From: Phoronis australis
Taxonomy: Eukaryota > Animalia > Phoronida
DNA length: 64,000 nt
Assembly (NCBI GenBank): GCA_002633005.1
Contig: NMRA01000023.1
Location: forward strand, 1,468,689-1,532,688
Direction: 5' to 3'
Below are positions 1-12,718 of this stretch, in pieces. The notes below the pieces were generated by a model that was not told the origin of the DNA, ran no database searches, and saw only the letters and a list, made by a program, of their open reading frames with translations. The translations under genes and the position numbers were made by a program. Each line of letters begins with the position of its first letter. Position 1 is the stretch's first letter.

Positions 1-489
1 ACCATTAAATGTTGAGTTAAACTCGTGGTGTTTCACTGGTGTTACACCTGTGATTCCTTTCGTCACCCGCTGTTAGGCTACACTCAGGATCGCAAGGTGT
101 TACAACAGGTGAGGCTATTTTTTCGTGGGCTAAAATGACTCGCACAAGTTGAAAATTTCTTCTGACAATTTTACCTGAGTTGGACATTAGTCCGTGTTAT
201 GTTGCCTCCGTGGTACAAAGGATGGATTGTAATCCTACCATCCTAGCACCACGCTAACACCAAACTTGAGCTTCTCTCTTTTTAACCCTAGGGGTTTGTG
301 TACGGCAAAATTTTGACAGGAATTTAATTTAACGTAATTTTTTATTATCATGCCAATACTCGCATGTATCAGAAGCACATATCATCGCGTTTCAATTCTT
401 ACCGACTAAAATGATCTTCAATAATTATTTCTCAAGAGATTACCTCCAAACTTTAAATCAAAACCACTACTAATGGATACCATTTCTTT

Positions 490-850
490 GAATAACGATC
501 ATGGATTCTTCGACGGTGCAACTAATGGTGCGGGATGGGGCTACCAAATACTGTGTGTTGACAACATCATTGCGGAATGCAGTGGCTGTATACACAAGTA
601 GTCCACGGATGGAGTTTGAGGCTATACAACGTGCCTTAACTAAGCTGTCACTCCTAGACCTGGAGAATCACACCATAACTTTGTCACCGATTCCATGGCA
701 GTGTTGACGAAATTGCAGTCTGGAAATCCCCCAGCCAACTGGGGTGTCTTCCGACCACGCCACCCTCATCATACTGTGTGATCTGGTCTTTCGTACCTGG
801 CCACACCGGTGTCTTGATAAATGAGCGTGCAGATTACCTCGCTGGCTCAT
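490..850 (+). mobile_element. Frameshifted retrotransposon RNase H domain relic (probably non-LTR)
   Basis: RNase H motifs in the correct order across shifting frames: FDGA..GAGWG (~509), SSPRMEFEAIQRAL, VTDSMAVLTKLQSG (683), VPGHTGVLINERADYLA (793-843). Confidence 0.8.
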
Positions 851-1574
851 TTACTACCAACCAACCCCTCTACTTATTCTAGTAGGCTGATGTTAAGCTG
901 CTGATTTACCAACGCACCCTCGAGACTTCGTCTCAACTGGCTGAGTTCAATGATGGTAGCCGACTGCTCGAAGCCGGTAATGATCCTGTCCGTGACAGGT
1001 ATTACAGGTATTATATCGAATTACGATTCGTTACAGGTTTATTGTCATTTTAACATTTGCTCTGTAATTGCAACCGTTTCGCTATGGCTGTCGATAGGTG
1101 TCACTGTGTCTGAACATATAAGTAAGCGCACAGTGATCATGCTTAAAGAACTAAGCGATATCACAGGACATAAAATTGTATCACTATAATTAAGTGCTTG
1201 TCTATTATTAGTTCACATATTCTGATCAAATGTTGTTGTAGGTACGTATACATGGATCCTCTCAAAACACACACGAAACACCGACGCGCTTGGGAAATTG
1301 ATGACATATTTAAATATGCAATCGCTCAACATGGCCTTCAAAGCGAAATGTCAAAAATTTTGCTATGTCTCATTTTTTAGCATGTCAATTCAAAATTTCC
1401 AAGCCAAAAACCCTAATACAAACTTGTTAAACCGATTTCGAAATAAACCTGATGGACGTTTAGTTTGTGTGAAACGCGGCAAAATGTTTCCACAAAAATA
1501 GTCGAGGCCTGTGACCTTCCCTCCCTCCTTCTCTTTCTAAGCAAGCAGGCACAAGCAGGCAGGAAGAGCGGATG

Positions 1575-1778
1575 GGAGTGAGAGAGAGGGAGGGAGAGAG
1601 TGAGAGAGAGGGAGGGGNNNNNNNNNNNNNNNNNNNNNNNNNNNNNNNNNNNNNNNNNNNNNNNNNNNNNNNNNNNNNNNNNNNNNNNNNNNNNNNNNNN
1701 NNNNNNNNNNNNNNNNNNNNNNNNNNNNNNNNNNNNNNGGGGAAGAGTGAGAGAGAGGGAGGGGGAGAGTGAGAGTGA
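1575..1778. repeat. GA-rich microsatellite spanning an N gap
   Basis: gagagaggga-type runs on both sides of the Ns. Confidence 0.9.
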
Positions 1779-4629
1779 AAAGCATTTATTCCGAACCAAA
1801 CGCTGAGTGACTGACAGCGCCGATAAAAATAACTACAGCTTGGGTGGTTCTAGGTGGCCCCTGGAAGGTATAGAAAGGGTAAAATTGGATAGGCCTACTA
1901 CTAGGGCAATTTAAGATTAATAGTGTGCATAAACATTAAATGTTAGGTGTTGTGCAGTCATTATGTGATTCTATACAAGGACAGTATCTATGCTGTATAC
2001 TGTCCTGCTTGATATTGCATCACACAAATCGACTGGCGGAATACTGCACGTCAGTATCCAATTACTGTGTCAGCAATATACCCAGACATTTGTTGTTACA
2101 TATCTGTCGTTTGTTCTCTATCAATCAAATTCCGTTTGCAGTACGATTTACTATCAACGACACAGTCCAACAAATTAAAAACAACAATTTTAAAGTTGTT
2201 TTGTCGTGGCAGGTCAAAGCACATGTAGCACTCTTAAAATGCAGAAACTCTGGCTATTGATGAGATTCAGTACAAAAACCGCAGGAAAGAATCGACACGC
2301 CGCAAGACATAATTTGCAGTAATCATGCGGTCACGTGCCAACGTCGCCAGGACGCACGGTTGACTCAATTAATGTAGCGCTCCGTAATGCAAGTTTCTTG
2401 CCAGACATTGGGTTTTGCCACATCCCTCATGTCAGTCAACATGTCGTAATAGCGTCGAGTCATTGGCCGAATACATACTTTAACTCTTACATGCGCGCAT
2501 CAAGGGGGCTCGCTGGGCTCAAACGCGCCTCCCATTTGGGGAAGTGGGCAAAAAGGTCCGCCTCAGAGAAACAAAAGCTCAGAAAAAGTAGAAAACGAGA
2601 CTAAAAGTCCACTAAAAAGGCAAGAACAACCAAAATTCTGCGAATGCACAATTCATAGCTCTGAACGTACCCCGTGAATCTTAGTAAAAGGTTCACATTC
2701 TCAAGAATTAGGCTGGGTGCGCGTATGTTTTAGGCCTACCAAGTTGCCTCATGCCTAGGATGTGGTCCCCCTAAAATCGAGTTGAGTTTTCCTAGCTTAA
2801 CAGGTGGCTGTCACTCCATCTAGCGTTCTATTCAGGCAAGGATCCAGCCAGATTTCTTACGAGAAAAGCGGCTGCAGGTCATCGCGAGATCGCCTTTCAT
2901 CGGAAGCGACGCACGTATTCACGCAAGCTTCACTGCACAACGCGCCCTGAACACAGAGTCGAATGATTGTGTGTAAATAACTGATCATGACATTTGTAGC
3001 CACGTCTTTAGGAAGTTATGGATGCTGACTTCAGAGGAATGTACATGTACACTTTACACATAGGCCTGCTGTTTGTACATGCACTTTCTTCGTTGGCGGA
3101 AGATTCTGCCTGTTCACAAAATTGTAGAAAATTTACGATCAGGCTTGTGATACACAGCATCTTTCAAGAGAGGAGGTTATTTCCACGAATAAAGTACGCC
3201 TATGTGTTCTGATGCTATTCTACTGTCATTGCACTCATTGAAAATATATTCACAAATAATATTGGCGTGTAGCAAACTCCGGATTATCCATTAAGTATAA
3301 CAACATTATGGGGCTCCTGTCAAAGAGGCCCCATCTCGCCCCCGGGAGTAAATTATCCATTAGGCTAAAAAAGCTGTGGTTTAGGGCCTCGTGATCGCAC
3401 AAAACAGGGATCCCATCCACATATAAGCCTCTGAAAAGTCATGGGTGACTGATGGAAAAATGCAGCGACATGGGAAGTGAAATTTGGGCACATCTCGTCC
3501 CCAAATGAGCACCTTAAAAGTTGTGGCGATGCGAGGAACTGTTTCAAAATTGTTGCAAAAGGTGGGAATTCTAGTCACTAAGGTCCCACGCTTATTATAG
3601 CTCGGGGGACCATTAATTAAAGGCATTAGTGACTAGGTTCTCTTGGCGCATATAAACCTTTTTCACTAAAGACAATGATCGATAACATTTTCTTTAAAAA
3701 GTCAGCAATCACAAAAATTGTCTTTAATGGCGGCTTTGTCCCTGGGGCAGTGAACACACGTAAGCGAAATTGTAAATTCTTTTAAAATACTTCGTGTAAC
3801 ATTTGGCCTTTGGCAAATTAAAACCAACACGTAGAACAATTTTGCAATTGACTAGCTACAAATTGAATTAGTCTCCCTCACTCCTCTCAGAAAAGTAATA
3901 CAATTTCCGAATATACGCTGTTGTCTAAGAAAAACAACTGGAAAACTTCAGAATGGCAGTGTCTGTGCAATAAATATTGATACTCTATAGTATCACTGGA
4001 AACTCAACACTTTAATTGGTTATACCTGGCGTGCGTTCTGTAGATGCGAGAACCATACAAAACCCAAGATCCTGCAAGTGTTGACTAAATATCGCCATGT
4101 ATTACAAGTAAAAGATCACACTCGCTTTCTTCGCGAGATTCTTTCGCTTATGAAACGCACTTACCAACAGTACCGGATACAATCGCAAAATTGCACAATA
4201 AATCTTAGCACTGATTAGCGCCATATATCTTATTTTCTACGACCGATAGGTAGAGTAGGTTTCTACTTCACTGTCTCAAAGCGGCAAACAGTGAAATGGT
4301 GGGCTGCAGGGCTCCGAAACAGTCTCACAGGGACTCAACCTTGGTCCCTCAATTTACGTTTCAGCCCATTGTAGACTTGTTTGTTCACCAATGTTACAAC
4401 TTTTCTTCACTCCATCTTCATTCTGATCTCCTATTTTACTTGTGACCTTTTTCTATTGATATCTTTGAAAATTGATACCTTATTTCAGTGAAAATAAATA
4501 GGGACCAAGTCCTTAACTTAAGAACGTTGCATTAAAAGCTCCCTGTACATTTTCAATGAATACTAAGAATTCAAAGTGTATCAAACCTGAACCGAGTGAA
4601 GACGAGGTAGCACAAAAACGACATTCAGT

Positions 4630-5608
4630 ATTTGCACAAAGTTGAGTATTCAGAATATTTTTGGAAGGATATTTCCATATCGTGTACAAATCAATCGATC
4701 TGTGTTGTAGATGACCACTTGTATCAACCTTTGTGGTATTACACAATTCTTATTAGACGTTATTCCAATTTATTGAGCAACTGGTTTCAAAAGGGTACAC
4801 GATACGTATTTGATAATCATACCTTTTGTACACGTTTTCAATTTTACCCTTGCATAGCCCATTTCTATGGAATTCGAACTTCAATACATACATGTAGTTC
4901 TTGGAATCACCCGAGAGACAAGAGTACTCTGAAAACAAGGAGACGGGGAAAATCTATCATTTATTCATTTTCAAATTGTCAAACCAGTCGCCGAATTGAA
5001 GTGGGAGAGAGAAATTAACTTGATCAGTGATTCTCAGTCTTGGAAAAATGTTCATTCTGTAATTCCCCATTGTACTTCCGATGTCAGACTCAGATGGTTT
5101 CAATTCCACATCAACCGCAGACTTATTGGTACAAAATCTCACTTAAAGAAAATAGCTGTTCGACAATCGTCTTCGTGTTCTTTTTGTGAGCAATTTTACA
5201 TTTGTATTGGAAAATATTCACTTGTTCAGGATAACATGAATGGTTATTCAGTGCGATATCCCTCTGCAGTTAAATACGTCTACCGCCTTGTTTGGAGATC
5301 CAGCCTGTCAATTGGAAGTTGTGAATTTAATTCTTTGCTTAGCGAAATTTCATTTCTGTAAACAATGATTGCAAAACAGTAAGGCCAAACTTTAGTTATT
5401 TTTGTGGGAGGTTTGTGATTAGCACAACATGGAAAACTATTAACCACTATAAACTGGCATCTGAGGGATTCGGGGCAAGGTGGTCTTGTTTTTATTTTTG
5501 TTAGGTATTATTTTTATAGGTTCAATATTGGTTTAATTTGTTTGATGTACTAGATTAGATTTCATATAGATGTACATGTATGAACTTGTTGATTGAATTA
5601 ATAAAAAA
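4630..5608 (+). mobile_element. Degenerate 3' end of an L1/Tx1-like non-LTR retrotransposon (zf-RVT region, 3'UTR, A-rich tail)
   Basis: QPLWY..NWFQKG..YVFD, then KWEREINL..W......LRWFQFHINRRLIGT...L.KI.....CSFC, the pattern of the zf-RVT region. T-rich UTR ends in aataaaaaa at 5600-5608. Confidence 0.8.
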
Positions 5609-6304
5609 GTCTAAAAGCGCTCTGGACGTTTACGGAACATAGCTCAGTTTCTATTGGGACTGTTTCATGCATATGGGCACACAGGGTTCCACGCAGACAA
5701 TTCATTCTTTGCGTACTGTAGTCGGGCACGACATCCGTCTTTGCTGACGACTTTGAGGACGATTTCGGAAAAGCACTTTATTTTATTACAGACGATCATT
5801 GGTATTTATAAATGATGTCGTCTTTAAAAACATGTTTAGCAGATTTGATAAGAAGGAGAAAACCGAAATGGCTGCAATGCGGTCACAGGGTAACCTGATA
5901 ATTTTTTTTCTCGTACCATAACCGCTTACTCATTCCAACACAAAATTAATTCCAAGAAACTCTTGTAGACGTATTTTTCACTTCGTTTCAAAAGCACCTT
6001 CTTCCCAAAAATAAGTCCAGCTCGGAGTTTTAATGTTGTAAACTTGATTTGTACGAATACGTATTTTCAACCATTCTGCTTCACATCACAAATGTCTTGA
6101 TACGCCCAATCAACAATCGTGTCACGTGTATGTGAAATAGCCCAGAGGGTTATTGCACGTTCACGTGACACGGTTTTGCACAGGAGTTGGCGAAAAAGGT
6201 GGATTAAAACATGAGTGTTTGTAGCCTTGGTTGGTGAAAACTTGTTCGGCAACTCTCGTAACTTTTCATGGTCAACTGTGTCATTTCCAACGTTGCTATC
6301 TTCA

Positions 6305-6451
6305 GCTGGGCGGCGCAGAACGAAAAAGGTGGGGAGGCTATAGCACCCTCAGTCCCCCTTTGGTGCACCACCCATAGACCATAGGCGGGATAGCACTGAA
6401 AGAAGAAGGCTATAGCCCCCTCCCCCAGCCCCTTATGGTGCGCCGCCCCTA
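6305..6451. mobile_element. Older dimeric copy related to the 57874 element
   Basis: TGGGCGGCGCAG ... GGCTATAGC(A/C)CC twice ... TGGTGCGCCGCCCCT; TSD not preserved. Confidence 0.6.
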
Positions 6452-9400
6452 GAACTATAACTTCACGTTCAATCTTCTCAGAGCACACAACGGAAAACAC
6501 CCCGGTGGATTTCAACAACCGAAAGCTAAGCAGGCAAAACCTGACAAGACTAAAAATTGACTTCAAAACCATGACTGAAATAGGTTTTTAGCAAAAAATC
6601 CTACTATCATACGTCAAAAATATTGTTTATTCCCACGCACTGTGAGCAAAATGCTCTTGTAAAATTCCAGTTGCTCGCCGACTTTTGGTCCCTAAAGGCA
6701 TTTTTTCGAATATATTCCCTGGACTTTTAAGCAGAAATTCTGGTATTCAACTTTGGTTTATTTGTGTTCATGTGCATGTCTGTACGTTCTTGTTGTCTGA
6801 AGACTAAAGGCATACATGTGTGCTTTAGTACACTTAGAGCCTCGTTTATGTGCAAGCAGTATTTCCATGACAAGTCGCAATAAATTCTACATTCTTTGTT
6901 TCACGCTACATGACTTTCCAAGTTCTGGGGCTCAGAATAGGTAGACGAGGGGTTACATCAAGAATCCTCGCCCGGGTGCCACCCACGCTAGGTACGCCAC
7001 TGAATATTATTTATCCTTACTCTCTTCACGGTTTCATTTAAATTTTAAAACAAATCTGAGGTGGAATGGTGGGCGGATTTGGTGAAGATAAAATGGCCAT
7101 AAACCCCGCAGAACAACTACACTGACCCCCCCCCCCCCNCCGAACACCAATGTCTTCGTCTGTGACTAGTCAAGTCAATGCAACGTCTTACAGTTGAGAA
7201 TACTGGAACCGATTATGATGGCGACGTTGAAACACTCGCTAATTTCAAACATTATTTCTTCAATTTTCAAAACATTTGAACTCGCGACCAGCAACACGTA
7301 GGGTGACCAAAGATATCCTCCCGGCTCAGTGAATCGGTTCCACGGTTGCCGGGCTCGGACTGAGTACTCAACGTTCTCATCAACTGCGTAAGTTTTTCAA
7401 AGTATAATGTTAAAGTTTGCGTACAACACACATAGTTAAATATCCGCAACGAGTAATTTGGCTATTGAAAAGTGCAGCACATCTTTATTGACATTTTATC
7501 CAAACAGAAACAGCATCCTCTGATAGCTGAAGCATTGGAGTTTCAATTTAATGAAATACAAGTAGTGATAAAACTGAACGAAATAAACATACAACAAAGT
7601 TCTTTTCTGCTCGTTTATGTGCATTGGTGTCAGAATTGCGCATTCGTAAACAGTGATGTTGGTTTCAGTGAAAACTATTGAAACCAGGTGCTATTTGTAC
7701 TGGATAAATATAAAATTCCCCAAGTGTTTTTCGTGACGTCTATGGCGTTATAAGAAGCACCTTGCTAAGTTGCGCTATAATACCAATAGGCGGGTATAAT
7801 TGAACTTCGGGAGCACTTGGCATTTAAACTGTTACAGTGGGTGAAATGGTCACGATATTTTTTGTTAACACTTGACGCGTTTGAGTGTTGGCGGTGACTA
7901 AAAGTTAATGGGTTTCATAGAGTAAACATGAAGTCTAGTCTCATAATTGGCGGATAATTTAATATAATATAGAGTATTAGTTCATACAATCCCACACAAT
8001 CTATTCAAGAGCACTTGAGATTTGCTCAGTGCCCAATTGAAGTGAACTTGTCGCTAACCATAGGACCCCGATATGTTGCGGTTTTGTAGTCACAGATCTA
8101 CGTGTATATGATTAAACTTTCTGGGAACAGTTTGCGCAAGGCGTCGCGTAGTGCCGTTGCTAATGATACAAAAACATTCAGAGCTTGGGTAGTTGAGAAT
8201 TAATTTTTTACGGTTGTTCATTATTAAACGGGACCGTCTACAAATTTCTTTTCCATTTTCAGACTCTTGGAGTGTGATTTTAACCTTAATTTTCTTGAGA
8301 GTAGAGAGAAGTGTATATTATAAACGGAAAAATAATTTCCATATGCTGGTGATATTCGCTACGGCAGTTCTGAAGTTGCAGCAGTACACAGCTGTCCAAG
8401 ATCACGTATGACCAATTCCCGTTTGTCCAACGACTTTTTATGTTCTTTTGAACCAAAATGTTGCTTATTTGTCCAATATATTATTCGTTTCTCCAATAAA
8501 CTGTCGATTTGTCAATCGATGTCAGACGTCTTGACAGTGAGATACCCATCGGAAACCAATCGGGCACCTCATCTTTGGCGGATCTACCTAAACACTAATA
8601 AAATTTTAGGCCTCCGGTGCCAAAGAGGTCCCCCGGTGTCGGATTACTGATGGCCCGCACAAAACAGGGACTCCATTTTGTAGTGGTAAGGTCCTACGAT
8701 AAGTCAGCGTTTTGTTTGGAAAACTTGTAACTGTGTTTGGTGGCGGAGGCGAAGCTTCAATGGAGGCCATGTGGGAAGAGTGTGACGAGAGTGGACCATT
8801 TACTGGCCACCGGGAGAGGAGCGACCGAAAATGGCAACGACCACGGGACGAAATTGTTAACGACTAGGGGCCGAGCAAGAGTGTGATGACGACCGGGCGG
8901 AAAGTTGCTGAAATTGGTGGCCACCGGAAGCAAAGGACAAAAAATTGTGAGCTTCCAGTACCCTCTAACTTGTTCCCGGTTTCTCAACATTTAGATCCCC
9001 CACTTATTGCGCTCCATTATGACCAAACAGGTTGAGACACATCGGCCAAATGGTTTGTCGGGCCAATACCGTCAAGGTATACAAAGTGTTTTATACATGA
9101 AAAAACGTTATCTACGTTTTAGCTTCTTCAATAGTTATTTCTCATGAAACAAAACTAATATCAATGGATGACATTTCTATCATATTACGATTCGTTACCG
9201 TTTTATTGTCTTGTTATAATTTGTTCCAAGTGTCCTGCGTTGTACTGTTAGGACAAATACAGATGTCGAGCAAAGTTGTCGGTCACTCGACGACCGTATT
9301 CATTGAAGAGTGTGTTGCTAATTTTTGTAGCGATTTCTCTCTTTAGCTAACCAATGCCTTTTGGATTCTTTGTACAAACATAATATAACCTCGTAAATAA

Positions 9401-10015
9401 ACATTATGCGGGTTCCGATATTTGGAAAGTGTGTCGCGTCTTCGGCTGATGACTTTCCCCACAAATCTCTGCCAATCAAGTGTTACATTAGTTGTATGCG
9501 GAGTGACATCAACCTTCTTGAACCACAACCAAACCCTTCCAACACCCCATTTACTCCCTAAATTTCACCAAAACTCGCCTGGCACCCGAACATAACTTTC
9601 AAAATCTAACAATACCAACTGGCCACTCACATCCTCAAACCAGCTAGGACCGTGTTTTATCATGGCTGTTCAAGATGTGCATTTTGAAGAATGGAAAAGT
9701 CTCGGTAATGATTATTAGGTGCTGTTCACCTCCACCCTCCCTCCCAAAAAGACACTGTTCTTTAACGTTACGTGGCTACAAAGATGTCACGCCGCTTGTA
9801 AGTGAGATTGCGGCATAAAGGTTACATCAAGAGCAAAGTTTAAACATGCATTAAAACGGCTACAAACCGGCAACAAACCCACACTATTTCTCGTTATTTC
9901 CTAGAAATATAGTAGTTTTGACTAAATTTCGAAGTGATATCTTTTAAAATAATTTTCAAGAAGTAAAACCGTGAGTAACGCTTTTGGGAACCCTTTGTGA
10001 AAGCGTTTCATTTCC

Positions 10016-10170
10016 GTTATGAGTAAATGTAACGTCTTATTACATCAACCTCAGTTGTGAGTAAACGTAACGTCTCATTACATCAACCTCAGTTGTGAGT
10101 AAACGTAACGTCCCATTACATCAACCTCAGTTGTGAGTAAATGTAATGTCCCATTACATCAACATCAGTT
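10016..10170. repeat. 38-bp minisatellite, 4 copies
   Basis: gttgtgagtaaacgtaacgtcccattacatcaacctca-type unit at 10016, 10054, 10092, 10130. Confidence 0.95.
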
Positions 10171-12506
10171 ACGTAACACTTAAATATATCTGTAAATCTG
10201 CAAATTTGTTGTGTTCATAAGTAGTGATAGCACATTTCTTTGGCTGTCTTTACCCTTTCAGTCGCAATTTAGCGAGGATCGTAAAGTAAGAAATCTCAAT
10301 TCTTAGTTTGCTTCGGGCAAGTTATAAGACTTGATAAATTTCACTTCCCCGTGCAATGACTGTGGTGTAGAATGTTTGAGTTGTAACAAATGCGCTTCTC
10401 TAATATGTCCATCCCATTTTCTGTTTTCCATTTAGCAAATGTTGCTTTGCCGGGAAGTTATAAATGCAAAGTTGGGTCGACATGCGCTTAAAAAGATTAG
10501 AGTGTCATGTAATGCAATAAATTCTGCAGTTGCACCATCGTAAATTGAGTTACCTTGAGGAATTCTATGTTTAGTTTGATTGAAACAGTCCTAACCTTTC
10601 TCTGTAACGAATTAATGAAGTGTACTACGTCATATTCCAAATTAGGAGAGCTATTTTGATCGTCCGGCTTTTGTGTTCTTGATATGTGAACAGCGAATAT
10701 TTTCAATGGAAATACTGATGCAGGATATTGCAAAATGCAACAACTAGTCCAGCGAACTTTGGAAATTACCTTGCAACCAGGTCGTGAAATAAGTTGTAGA
10801 TTTTCTACAATTTCGTAAACAGGCCACGTCAAAATAGTGCATAACAATAGGTGCATTTTAATCATACGTCCCGCCTCCATAGTCCGAAACGTGTGAATTG
10901 CAAGAAACTTGTTTCAGAACGAGGCTTTCGCGAGATTATAATGGTAACTGGTTCTCGGATGGTTTCTGGCACACTGGATGACCCGGGTATGTTTGTAAAG
11001 TAATGCTTCATTTACATACTCACAATTTAATGAGACTATGTATATTCAATAAGTATTATCACGCTCATCAGCAGATCTTGTCGAATTTCGTCAGCAACTC
11101 ATGTCACAGACACTGCATACATGCGCCATTTTCAAATATATTACACATTTTTAGGTTTGTAAAATCCCAATGAACTATGAAGCGTTTTCTTAAATCGCTA
11201 ATGTTTTCGAAGTTCTTGTACGTAAAGGAAATGTAATCCTGTCACGGTGGAATTTTATGAGACTTAATTTATGAGAGTGAGGCATCTAATTCGATTTTCG
11301 TTTTTAGCCAGCTTTAGGCAGCTCAGCAGCCAATCAGCTTCAATTCGGCACTACGAAAATGTTAGGCTCCTGTGAATTGAGTTCTGTCGCCAACCTTTTA
11401 TGAATTCACGGATATTTGTCAAATTTTCTACGTTCATTATTGCAGCTCAAGGTAGAAAAATGAATCTTTGATGGCACAATGAAAAACTGTTCAAGTAAAA
11501 ATGTCCGCAATCCGCAATGAATGGACCGAAAACAAGAATATTCATAGGTCTGCCCCCAAGCCTTAGTACCTATCGCCTTCGGTAACTCATTTTAGGTCTC
11601 CCACAACGAGTTAGAAAAATGAAATTGGCCGAGTGTAAGTAGATTTAAGAACCTGAATAAGTGAACCGATTTCATAGCGCGCAAAATGTTGTTATCGCAT
11701 CAGTTTAGACTGATCCAGTGACTGCTTGTCCGATTACTTCTGGAATACACGATCTCGTTGAGTGTTTTTAGAACACGAGCAAAATTCGCCCGTGAGAGTT
11801 TAAATTGGCTAATTCGGAGGAACACATCAATCTTGTCGCTGATTTGAGAAATTTGCAGAGTATGGATCTTGCACAGGCCAACATGATATCTTTAGATATT
11901 TATAACCTCGCCTATGGCTAATCATATAAACAGACAACACAGTCATTGTCACAATCGTTATTATATGGGAAATCGTAACCATTATTGTCATCAATATTAG
12001 AATCGTTGTTACCATAATCACCACACTGTAGGACCCTAGAAGAATGACCTCATTTGGCTAACCGCCGAGCATCATATCTCAGACAAGGTTGATTGGATTC
12101 ATATGAATTGTTCACGTACCAATCTGTTCTCCGGCCAAAACAAAGGTTAGGAATTGTTTTTAAAATGTTCCACGTTTGAATGAGGGGTTAACAAAAATGA
12201 TTTTCCGTTGATGAAAAAATCAAAATTTTCATGAAACGAAAATGTCACTTTAAGAAGGCTCTAACCATATGCATGAGACTTCATCTTGGCTTAACATTTA
12301 TTTCAAATGTACCCATCATATTGATACCGTTGTTTTCCCGTGAATGTACCTTTGTTTCTCGCTAAATTGTACTAAAAATAGTATATGACCCAAGTCATGA
12401 CAGGTTGGTAAACAATCAAAAATAAAACTCTACGATAATTTCAGAATGTATGTACTTTTACAGAGTTAAACTCTATGCTCTTGTTGATATTTGGTTTAAT
12501 ACACAC

Positions 12507-12718
12507 ACTGGTCAATATGGTCCATCACAACCTTTAAGTCTTCGCTAGTACGAATTATCATCAGTGACGTCATCCTCATCATCATCATTATTAACTGGTC
12601 GATATGGTCCATCACAACCTTTAAGTCTTCGCTAGTACGAATTATCATCAGTGACGTCATCCTCATCATCATCATTATTAACTGGTCGATATGGTCCATC
12701 ACAACCTTTAAGTCTTCG
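12507..12718. repeat. 87-bp tandem repeat (~2.4 copies, broken at n12719); diverged partial copy at ~12894-12960
   Basis: actggtc..atggtccatcacaacc... starts at 12507, 12594 and 12681. Confidence 0.9.

Noticed and set aside
688-723. RFHGSVDEIAVW, resembling a LamG/pentraxin motif
   Set aside because: It is an alternative frame of the RNase H TDSMAVL motif, which is supported by three flanking motifs
10016-10170. CRISPR-like array (also 12507-12718, 28737-28804, 53259-53487)
   Set aside because: The units are contiguous with no unique spacers, no cas genes were seen and the context is eukaryotic, so these are minisatellites
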